A stretch of DNA of 64,000 nucleotides from positions 64,001-128,000 of IMG/VR virus record IMGVR_UViG_3300028558_000018. The stretch is one strand, 5' to 3'. Of this stretch, positions 56,933 through 64,000 are shown one piece after another. Numbering within the stretch: position 1 is the first letter of the stretch; each line of letters opens with the position of its first letter. Source of the stretch: a virus. Both the position numbers and the translations under genes were made by a program. Under the pieces are notes generated by a model that was not told where the DNA came from, did not search any database, and worked only from the letters and a program-made list of their open reading frames with translations.

Positions 56933-57520
56933 TTAGTCTTTTAGCTTAAAATAATCATTGATAAACCTCACACAAACCGGATGCGGCGGCATATTGCTGT
57001 GAAAATTATCCATGCATTGACCGATAATATAGCGAGCGAAGCAATTTTTGTTCTGATAAAATTCCTTTGGCTGATTTAGCCCATAATTATGCACGAAATC
57101 ATTATCCTCAAACCATTTAAGCAATTTTGCATAATCAATATTTAGCCCAATATGGTCGGCGATTTCAGCAAATTGCTTTAGCCAATGCATGAGAAAGTCT
57201 GTTTCAAAATTCTTAGAGCCATAAATCACCTTCAATAGAAAATCTACTTCTTTTTGCGATTTATTCAACGATTCTTTGCGGTCATTTTCCGCTTTAATTC
57301 CTTCGGGCGAATTTGCGTAATCCTCGCGGGATTTATCTATTTTAACTTTCCACTCTTTATATATTGAATCGTTAGTGGATTGCGGAGTCGCAACCAATTT
57401 AATGCCATTAAAATCACTTTCGACATTGCAATTTTTATTAATCGCCATTTGGCAAATTACATCGCAAACATGGCTAATATGGTTGCCACAATCGGATTTA
57501 TATTGGATAGTTTTCATCAT
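56933..57520 (-). CDS. Hypothetical protein
   Basis: 195 aa. Confidence 0.6.
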   Translation of the reverse strand: MMKTIQYKSDCGNHISHVCDVICQMAINKNCNVESDFNGIKLVATPQSTNDSIYKEWKVKIDKSREDYANSPEGIKAENDRKESLNKSQKEVDFLLKVIYGSKNFETDFLMHWLKQFAEIADHIGLNIDYAKLLKWFEDNDFVHNYGLNQPKEFYQNKNCFARYIIGQCMDNFHSNMPPHPVCVRFINDYFKLKD

Positions 57521-57548
57521 TGGGATAATCTATATTAGAATTGTTCTA

Positions 57549-57794
57549 TTAATCAATCAGTTTCGTCAAAACACTCAATGGAATGAATTTGGCAATATGA
57601 ATGACTTCCGCGCCCATTTTGTGATTAATTGCGCCATAATCATCCACATAAGCAGTTTCATCGCCAGTAACCATTTTAATTAACGCTTTATCAGAAGAAT
57701 TCGCGCCGGATTTTTTGCATTTAAGCGCGGCGAGTTTAATACTCTCGCCCTTTCCCCAATAGCCCACCACCATTACGATAAATATATGTTTCAT
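57549..57794 (-). CDS. Hypothetical protein
   Basis: Likely start MKHIF; WGKGES motif. Confidence 0.55.
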   Translation of the reverse strand: MKHIFIVMVVGYWGKGESIKLAALKCKKSGANSSDKALIKMVTGDETAYVDDYGAINHKMGAEVIHIAKFIPLSVLTKLID

Positions 57795-57805
57795 AGTTGA
57801 TTTAA

Positions 57806-58225
57806 TTAAACTACCACACAATTAGCCTTGCGCTGTTCAAAATATTCGCGAAAACCAATAAGATATTTAGTTTCCGTTAGGCGCAGCCGTGAGCAAATCA
57901 CCGCCAATACGCGATTGAAATATTTAACACTTTCATCAGATTCGTATAAATCGCGCTTATTCATCCCATATTTCCACGCATTATTAGGAGCGCAATCACG
58001 AATAAATTCCGCGACATGAAAATCATAAGTGCCCCGTGCAATAAGGAGTTGAATAACAATTGGCGAAAAATGATCCACCAAACATTCAGAGGTAACATCC
58101 TCCAAATCTAGCCCGCAACGTTCGGCCCAAATTTTGCGCACGCCTTCAATAGTGCTATTTTGGTCTTGTTTAACGTAAAATATTACGGCGTTATCCCATT
58201 TATCTAATTTTGGTAGATTATTCAT
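57806..58225 (-). CDS. Hypothetical protein
   Basis: Likely start MNNLPK. Confidence 0.55.
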   Translation of the reverse strand: MNNLPKLDKWDNAVIFYVKQDQNSTIEGVRKIWAERCGLDLEDVTSECLVDHFSPIVIQLLIARGTYDFHVAEFIRDCAPNNAWKYGMNKRDLYESDESVKYFNRVLAVICSRLRLTETKYLIGFREYFEQRKANCVVV

Positions 58226-58226
58226 A

Positions 58227-58421
58227 TTATTTGGTTTCTTCAAAAATTCTCGCAATTGACCGCGCAAGGCCAATATTAGATTTAGTTCCCCAAGAAGTAT
58301 TATAACGGGTTTGCCCGCCCTCTTGAATTGGATGCAAACTTAGCATTTCAATAATTTGCTCGCCAATTTTCGCATCGCGAATATTAATTGCTTCATAATC
58401 AGTTGAATCAATGATTTCCAT
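58227..58421 (-). CDS. Hypothetical protein (T.WGTK..GLAR family)
   Basis: Near-leaderless promoter. Confidence 0.55.
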   Translation of the reverse strand: MEIIDSTDYEAINIRDAKIGEQIIEMLSLHPIQEGGQTRYNTSWGTKSNIGLARSIARIFEETK

Positions 58422-58626
58422 ATAGAAGGACGTTAGCAGATTTTTATCCTAAGTCGAGAAGATTTTGATTAAGATTAATTATTTTATATCCCATTGATTG
58501 ACACCATTTTATTGCGTTTTCTTTTCGGGAAAACTGATTCAAATGGGATTTATCAGCATTATCATAAATATCATAAAAAGGCTTATTATTTTCGTCAATT
58601 GAATATATGATTATTACGTTCATAAA

Positions 58627-58947
58627 TCATTCAATATTATTACTATTTTCATCCTGACACCTAATATCCACTGGATGATACCAATTTCCATCCATATGAT
58701 TAGAGCGAGGTTCATGTTCTCCAAATATTTCGCATTTATACTTCTCATTCCACCAAGGCAATCCGCTCATTTTCACAAAATATTGAGAACACCGTTCACA
58801 AAGAAAAATATCTCCAGCAGGCTTATTTTTAGCTAATTTCCAAAAATCATGACCGCATGAAATCTTGCCGCCTTTTGCTTTATAGCGAACAGCCTCGATA
58901 ATTCTCTTCTTTTGTGCGATAGTTAAATTTTTAGGCTCGTGAATCAT
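58627..58947 (-). CDS. Hypothetical Cys/His (Zn-binding) protein
   Basis: CGH...CERC. Confidence 0.5.
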   Translation of the reverse strand: MIHEPKNLTIAQKKRIIEAVRYKAKGGKISCGHDFWKLAKNKPAGDIFLCERCSQYFVKMSGLPWWNEKYKCEIFGEHEPRSNHMDGNWYHPVDIRCQDENSNNIE

Positions 58948-59088
58948 GCTGTAATTATTTTACTTCTTTAAAACTAGATAGCCACAAATCAGAATGAATC
59001 TTTTTACATTCGCGGCAAACGTCTGGTTTAAGTGCTTTTACGGTAATATGCCCGCGTTTACATTCCCAGCGTTTGACTATTTGCTTAT

Positions 59089-59304
59089 TCATTTTTTATG
59101 GATATTGCCCAATTTAGCAATTTCCTTCCAAATCGGCCCATTGATCTTAACGGGGCGGGAAATTTGTTTATGGGGCAAAATTTGTTCACAATTAAGCAAT
59201 TCACCACTTGGCCCAAACCAAGCTGAAATTTTACCAGAAAAATCGCCGGTAATTTTGTGAATTACGAAACCGTGATTATAAAAATAGTGCTTTTGAATAG
59301 TCAT
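59089..59304 (-). CDS. Hypothetical protein
   Basis: SAWF...G.LL..EQI motif. Confidence 0.55.
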   Translation of the reverse strand: MTIQKHYFYNHGFVIHKITGDFSGKISAWFGPSGELLNCEQILPHKQISRPVKINGPIWKEIAKLGNIHKK

Positions 59305-59315
59305 ATTATTAAGAA

Positions 59316-59624
59316 TTAGTCCGCCATCAAATAAGCCTCGCCGCGAATATTCGCTTCTCTACGAAGAATTTCGTTGCGGTTAATTGCCTTAAGGGGTTTC
59401 TCTTCGGTCAATTTACGATAACGCTCGCTAAATTCATCCTCGCGCACAATTGGAATCAAATATTCCACAGCGGCGAAAATTGACCTAAATTTATGGGGAA
59501 TAATTTCATCACTACAAAATCCGCGAATACCTTTACGAATTAGTGTTCCCGTTTGCTCAATATAGGAATAATCATAATTTGAGAGAAGCATCGCAAGTTG
59601 TTTGTGAATCGGTTGTTTCATCAA
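59316..59624 (-). CDS. Hypothetical protein
   Basis: Near-leaderless promoter. Confidence 0.55.
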   Translation of the reverse strand: MMKQPIHKQLAMLLSNYDYSYIEQTGTLIRKGIRGFCSDEIIPHKFRSIFAAVEYLIPIVREDEFSERYRKLTEEKPLKAINRNEILRREANIRGEAYLMAD

Positions 59625-59657
59625 TTAGGAGCCTACCACTGTGCCGCTCTAAGTCAA

Positions 59658-59969
59658 TTACTTTTTAATTTTATTATCAAATCTCAATCCAACAAAATTA
59701 CACACTAAACTAGCCTTGGTTTCAATATATCGCGGCACAAATCCCTTTCCATTGCAATCATGACAATTCCAATAAGAATTATATTTGCTTCCGACTCCAC
59801 TTCCGCCACAAATTGCGCAACGTTGATTATTATGCCAAGGCAGTAAAGTATAGTGCTTCCACTTATAGATTTTCTCCTTAATTTCGCATTTCCAATGGTG
59901 ATACCAATTTGTCCAAGTATTAGGGGTGAATCGCCAATAATTAGATTTAACCCAAATTAGAAATTTCAT
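59658..59969 (-). CDS. Protein with a DnaJ-type CxxCxGxG zinc finger
   Basis: CAICGGSG...CHDCNGKG. Confidence 0.6.
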   Translation of the reverse strand: MKFLIWVKSNYWRFTPNTWTNWYHHWKCEIKEKIYKWKHYTLLPWHNNQRCAICGGSGVGSKYNSYWNCHDCNGKGFVPRYIETKASLVCNFVGLRFDNKIKK

Positions 59970-59971
59970 AA

Positions 59972-60406
59972 TTAAAGAAATACCCTAACAACCCAATGAG
60001 CATCGCTATATTCAATTCGTTTATATTGAATCCCGCAAGTCTCAATACATTCCTTAGCAACTTTCAATCCATCTTGAAATATGTTGCAAACTGAAAATCC
60101 AAAAGTCGTTTCATAAGCGTTAAAATTACATATATTTTTATCCTTCAATGATTTCTGCATTGCCGCGATAATTGCTTTCCGGCGAATTTTCATATCCTCA
60201 TTATTTTTCGCCTTTGATTCGATTTTATTAATTATCCATTCTGCGTCGAATTTCTTTGGGATTTTTGCGTCATTAAGCAATGGCTGCATAGAATTCATAT
60301 CTCTAATGCAAAATCCACTATAATCTTCGCTCACTTGGACTAAAATCGGCACGCCGAGAATTATTGATAGCTCTTTCTCTAAAGAAGTTGAAGGGTTATA
60401 GCTCAT
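59972..60406 (-). CDS. Hypothetical protein
   Basis: Likely start MSYNPS; C-terminal EYSDAHWV. Confidence 0.55.
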   Translation of the reverse strand: MSYNPSTSLEKELSIILGVPILVQVSEDYSGFCIRDMNSMQPLLNDAKIPKKFDAEWIINKIESKAKNNEDMKIRRKAIIAAMQKSLKDKNICNFNAYETTFGFSVCNIFQDGLKVAKECIETCGIQYKRIEYSDAHWVVRVFL

Positions 60407-60407
60407 T

Positions 60408-60596
60408 TTAAGTCCCGCAAATAAATCGCCCCACATCCTCGTATTTATACATTTGAAGTTTATAACCCTCAATAGAAGGGAATTTAAATTGAAATTCTTT
60501 AAATAGAGCCAATGCTTTCTCGTTCTCTTGCAAACTCCGTTCATGAGTAGCAAATAGGTGAACTCCGTCTTTAGAAACATTAATTTCGTAGTGCAT
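60408..60596 (-). CDS. Conserved small phage protein
   Basis: YEINVSKDG.HLFAT.ERS...KFP..EGY motif. Confidence 0.6.
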   Translation of the reverse strand: MHYEINVSKDGVHLFATHERSLQENEKALALFKEFQFKFPSIEGYKLQMYKYEDVGRFICGT

Positions 60597-60598
60597 AA

Positions 60599-60877
60599 TT
60601 ATTTAATCAAATAAGGCTTAACCTGTTCAAACGAGAATGTAAAACAATCAACGTCCTTTTCATCGCAAAATAGTGTCAATTCATTCTTTCTCACCGCAAT
60701 TTTCTTATTATCGTCGCGCTCAAATGTAAATGTCCATTCTTGATTATCCTCTTCCCAGCTAATCATGATGGAATCACTTGGATTTTCATAGATTTGAATA
60801 ACTTTGTCGTCGGCTTTTACAATTAAATCGGCGCGGTTAATCAACTCAATAAATTTGCTCCAAGTAATAGTTTTCAT
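60599..60877 (-). CDS. Hypothetical protein
   Basis: Start MKTITW 7 nt after the -10 element. Confidence 0.55.
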   Translation of the reverse strand: MKTITWSKFIELINRADLIVKADDKVIQIYENPSDSIMISWEEDNQEWTFTFERDDNKKIAVRKNELTLFCDEKDVDCFTFSFEQVKPYLIK

Positions 60878-60918
60878 AGTTAACAAGTTAATAGAACTTT
60901 GCGCTTTGTCAAATAGAT

Positions 60919-61116
60919 TTAAACATTTTCTAATTCTTTTTCAATCTCGTGCCAAATTTGTTTTTGAGTTAATCCCTCTATGTTGTTGGGATAATGTTTA
61001 ATTAGCGAATTTTTGATATAAAGCATCCTATCGTAACGACTATGGGGTTTAGAACTTAGCGCAGTTAAGCTAATATGCCATAAATCGCTAATTAAGAGAT
61101 TTAACGGGCGGATCAT
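60919..61116 (-). CDS. Hypothetical protein
   Basis: ATGA overlap. Confidence 0.5.
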   Translation of the reverse strand: MIRPLNLLISDLWHISLTALSSKPHSRYDRMLYIKNSLIKHYPNNIEGLTQKQIWHEIEKELENV

Positions 61117-61922
61117 GATTTATTAGGAAACAATTCCTTAGCCTTTTCGTATTTAGCAGAATTCTCTTCTAAATCAATATATTCCATCAAATCCTTATAA
61201 TATCCAGATGGATGATTAGTAATCTTTTGGCCCTTCTTCACGCTACCCCGCGCCGAATCTTTGTTTACTTCGGAAATCTTCTCATTGAAAAATCCCTTTG
61301 TGCGAATGGGAATATTGATGTTGTAAATCTTACATAGTTCTACTAATTCCGCGCCGCTAATTGGCTTATTAAGTTTAATTTGCTCTTTGATGTGATTAAT
61401 GCGGAGAATTTTGGCCTGTTTAAGATTTTCCTGATAGAGCGCATCGGTCTTTTCTTTTTCTAACCGCGCTATTTCGTTAATAGCCAATTGTTTAGCTTTT
61501 AATTTGGCGAGAACTTCATTGAATTCGACTTCGGTGATTGCATCGCCAAAAATAATCTTGAATTTCGTATAGCTTACTAAGTGATGCCGATTTTGGACTA
61601 ACTCGCCCGCGCACATTTTATCCCATAAATCAGTATAATAATTAGATTGTTTTTCCACCACCGATTCTTTGGATGGATATTGAGCAATAAATTTTTCTTT
61701 GAATTTACCTAATTCGCGCGCAATCTCATAAGGTTTATCGTAAATTGAATGCCCGCGCTCGTAAAGATTTCCGTTCGGAAAGGAAATTTCAAGATATAAA
61801 TCTACGCCGGATTTATTATCCACCAAATAAATATTCATTCCGTAAACTTCTCCAGCTATTTGCGCCTGAATATTACGCTCCGTTTCATTGCTAAAAGCGG
61901 GAAAAATTTTAATAAGTGACAT
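61113..61922 (-). CDS. Hypothetical protein
   Basis: 269 aa; C-terminal YNINIPIRTKGF motif. Confidence 0.6.
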   Translation of the reverse strand: MSLIKIFPAFSNETERNIQAQIAGEVYGMNIYLVDNKSGVDLYLEISFPNGNLYERGHSIYDKPYEIARELGKFKEKFIAQYPSKESVVEKQSNYYTDLWDKMCAGELVQNRHHLVSYTKFKIIFGDAITEVEFNEVLAKLKAKQLAINEIARLEKEKTDALYQENLKQAKILRINHIKEQIKLNKPISGAELVELCKIYNINIPIRTKGFFNEKISEVNKDSARGSVKKGQKITNHPSGYYKDLMEYIDLEENSAKYEKAKELFPNKS

Positions 61923-61924
61923 AA

Positions 61925-62167
61925 TTATTTCTTTTTAGAATAAGCAATTAGATTCTTTACGGGAATATTTTCTTCATATAATTGACCCCAACAATCCCAA
62001 CTTTGGCAATGCGCAATGCCTTTATTGTCAACGTAATGCACAGAATAAACCAACGCGCAGCTATTTTTTACCTCTTTACCATTAATCATCTTTGTCCCGC
62101 GCATATGGGAGGGAGAATCTGCGGCGTTGTAAATTTGGCTATTGCGTTCTACTAATTTGATTTTCAT
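61925..62167 (-). CDS. Hypothetical protein
   Basis: Near-leaderless promoter. Confidence 0.55.
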   Translation of the reverse strand: MKIKLVERNSQIYNAADSPSHMRGTKMINGKEVKNSCALVYSVHYVDNKGIAHCQSWDCWGQLYEENIPVKNLIAYSKKK

Positions 62168-62209
62168 ATGGGAGGACTTTATATTAATGTCGCTCTAAGT
62201 CAATTAAAA

Positions 62210-63127
62210 TCAATCGGAAAAACTTCCGAAATCAATAAAATTTTTATATTCTTTTTGGCGACTTGGCTTAAATTCAGACCAATCGAATAAGAAATTAAAC
62301 TGTTTCTTAGTAGGTTTCTTAAATGAACAAATATGAATTCCCAATAATCCCTTCCCTAATTTAATCCACCCAGCCTTTTCCGCTTCATTTTCGGTTTTAC
62401 CCAAACGATCAGCAAGCCAAATATGTTCCATCATGCCGCCTTCACAAGGATAAAATTTACCATTAGGCAATAACCAACCATTATCCCAATCAAGATTAGT
62501 TGTAGGTTCGGGTGTTGGGCGGTCTTCCCGTTCAATCTGTTTGTTAATATAGGTTTCAATTGAAGGAATCCCCGCTCTTTCCATTATTTCGCGCCGCGCT
62601 TTATTTCCCGACATTACATCTTCAACTTCTTCTTGGTCAAAAGCAATTCTACGGGCATAGGGAATATCTACTTGTTTACGAATATCTTCGGGGAAATTAT
62701 CCACTATTCCCCATAATTTACGCGCCCCTTCCATATCCCAACGTTCATAAGCCGCACGAATTTCATCTCCAATATCTTGTAAATCCGATAATTGAACTTT
62801 TTCAATAAAATCATTATTTTCCAATGATTCCGTTGCCATTTTATACAAATCATCAGGGTCGGGATATTTACCATGTTGGCATAATGATAAATTCGGCACC
62901 CAATTATCGTCTTCTAGCATCCCATCAACCCCATCTTTCCCCTTGGGGTCTTGAATCATTTTCATTTTCCCGCGAATAACTTCTTCAACATGCTCTTTGT
63001 TTAATCCACAGGCAAGCCCATAATCAATGGCTTTTTTATATGAACCCTCGGCCCAAAAGTTTCGTAATTGACGGGTTAATCCATCGAAATCAACGCGAAA
63101 ATATAAATATTCGGTCGTAGCTTTCAT
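62210..63127 (-). CDS. Hypothetical protein with a C-terminal GWLxPxGxF...H...GWIK domain
   Basis: Likely start MKATTEY. Confidence 0.6.
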   Translation of the reverse strand: MKATTEYLYFRVDFDGLTRQLRNFWAEGSYKKAIDYGLACGLNKEHVEEVIRGKMKMIQDPKGKDGVDGMLEDDNWVPNLSLCQHGKYPDPDDLYKMATESLENNDFIEKVQLSDLQDIGDEIRAAYERWDMEGARKLWGIVDNFPEDIRKQVDIPYARRIAFDQEEVEDVMSGNKARREIMERAGIPSIETYINKQIEREDRPTPEPTTNLDWDNGWLLPNGKFYPCEGGMMEHIWLADRLGKTENEAEKAGWIKLGKGLLGIHICSFKKPTKKQFNFLFDWSEFKPSRQKEYKNFIDFGSFSD

Positions 63128-63128
63128 A

Positions 63129-63341
63129 TTATTTTTCAAAAGTCTTCCAGCTAATAACTCTAATGAACAAAATTTCCATCGCGGGGCAATAATTCTTTCC
63201 GCCACTGAACATAAATAGTGAGCGCGGGCCAATTGAGAAAATTCTGATATCGAGTTCCCATTCACGACAAATCCACATTTCAATGTCGAATAGAGTAAAG
63301 CCTAAGTGTTTCGGTTTCATATTGATAAAATTTTTAATCAT
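63129..63341 (-). CDS. Hypothetical protein
   Basis: Packed operon. Confidence 0.45.
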   Translation of the reverse strand: MIKNFINMKPKHLGFTLFDIEMWICREWELDIRIFSIGPRSLFMFSGGKNYCPAMEILFIRVISWKTFEK

Positions 63342-63546
63342 TGAATTCTAATTGGCTCAATTCCTTTGCGTGGTTGCTATTCTCAATCGCATACACCAAA
63401 ACATTCCAGCCATTGCGAAGATAATAATCTTGTTCGTCTTTATCAAGTGATTCTAAATAGTTAGCAAATAGGGGATAAATTAGCTCGTAATTGCGATATT
63501 TAGACGATAAATATTGTTTGAGATGATTTTTAGTAAAGTCGTCCAT
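63334..63546 (-). CDS. Hypothetical protein
   Basis: Packed operon. Confidence 0.5.
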   Translation of the reverse strand: MDDFTKNHLKQYLSSKYRNYELIYPLFANYLESLDKDEQDYYLRNGWNVLVYAIENSNHAKELSQLEFND

Positions 63547-64000
63547 GATTATAAGAGAATTAGCGCGGCGATAAATAAAAATATAACAGTTTCCAAATTG
63601 ACGAAGTTTTTATAAAATCGTTCGTTTATGGCTAAAATAAGATTTAAAAATACATTGGCAAGAGACAAAACGGCAATAAATAGCCACAAAATATGTAAAA
63701 ATTTATCCATATTGATTGAAATTTTATTAATAGATTAAACGATATTTGAACTATTGATTAAAATTCAAACTGCGCCTTCATTTGTGCGACTTTTTGTTCT
63801 GGCACCCATGAGTGTTTGAGAATTGCTGGTTGAGAATGATTTCGGTGACATTAAAGTTATTAAGTCTCGCATATTCAACGTAATGCGAAAAATGTTTGAT
63901 AAAAATGTTAGTGTTGCTTTGCACTATATTGCCGTTATTGGCGCGAATACAATCACAAAAATAATCAAACGCTTTATTATGGTTAATTCCGAGAAGTTTC

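Larger units (their letters stand above)
44283..62203 (-). promoter_or_regulatory. Array of about 17 sigma70-type early promoters (TTGACN-N16-TANNNT; N17-CANNNT variants)
   Basis: 44283-44310, 44530-44557, 44966-44993, 45915-45942, 48092-48119, 49207-49235, 50303-50330, 50657-50684, 52328-52355, 53175-53203, 53525-53552, 54393-54421, 56176-56203, 58430-58457 (TCGACT), 59630-59657, 60885-60912, 62176-62203. Confidence 0.8.

Noticed and set aside
1-64000. Stop-codon reassignment
   Set aside because: Core genes are full length and densely packed under the standard code

Overview
A 64-kb segment of a large, AT-rich (about 35% GC by eye) tailed dsDNA phage; no integrase is seen in the window. The left part (1-37.1 kb, minus strand) is a complete siphovirus-type morphogenesis block. 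It runs PhoH, three fibre/appendage genes including a trypsin-like protease, a lipoprotein with C-terminal membrane anchors, a phage sigma factor, an ERCC4 nuclease, an HNH nuclease, TerL, portal, protease/scaffold, decoration, major capsid, a LAGLIDADG homing endonuclease, neck proteins, tail tube, chaperones, a 1954-aa tape measure and tail-tip proteins. A plus-strand cluster (ClpP and small ORFs, 37.3-41.2 kb) converges on a repeat- and palindrome-rich non-coding segment at about 41.2-41.6 kb, possibly the genome end. The right part (41.7-64 kb, minus strand) is an early/host-takeover region with about 45 small ORFs, a signal-peptide endolysin, a DUF3150-like/MoxR/vWA-metallopeptidase triad and tRNA-Leu(UAA). 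A two-tier promoter system can be read directly from the DNA. About 17 sigma70-type promoters (mostly with a 16-bp spacer) lie in the early region. Fifteen copies of a phage-specific late promoter, TTCAC-N15-G(G/T)(G/T)TA(A/T), precede late genes, including one inside the protease gene in front of a nested scaffold start. An SHD1-like protein and GC-rich codon use in highly expressed genes suggest a GC-rich PVC (probably Verrucomicrobiota) host; this is inference. All annotations come from motif recognition by eye, and no searches were run.
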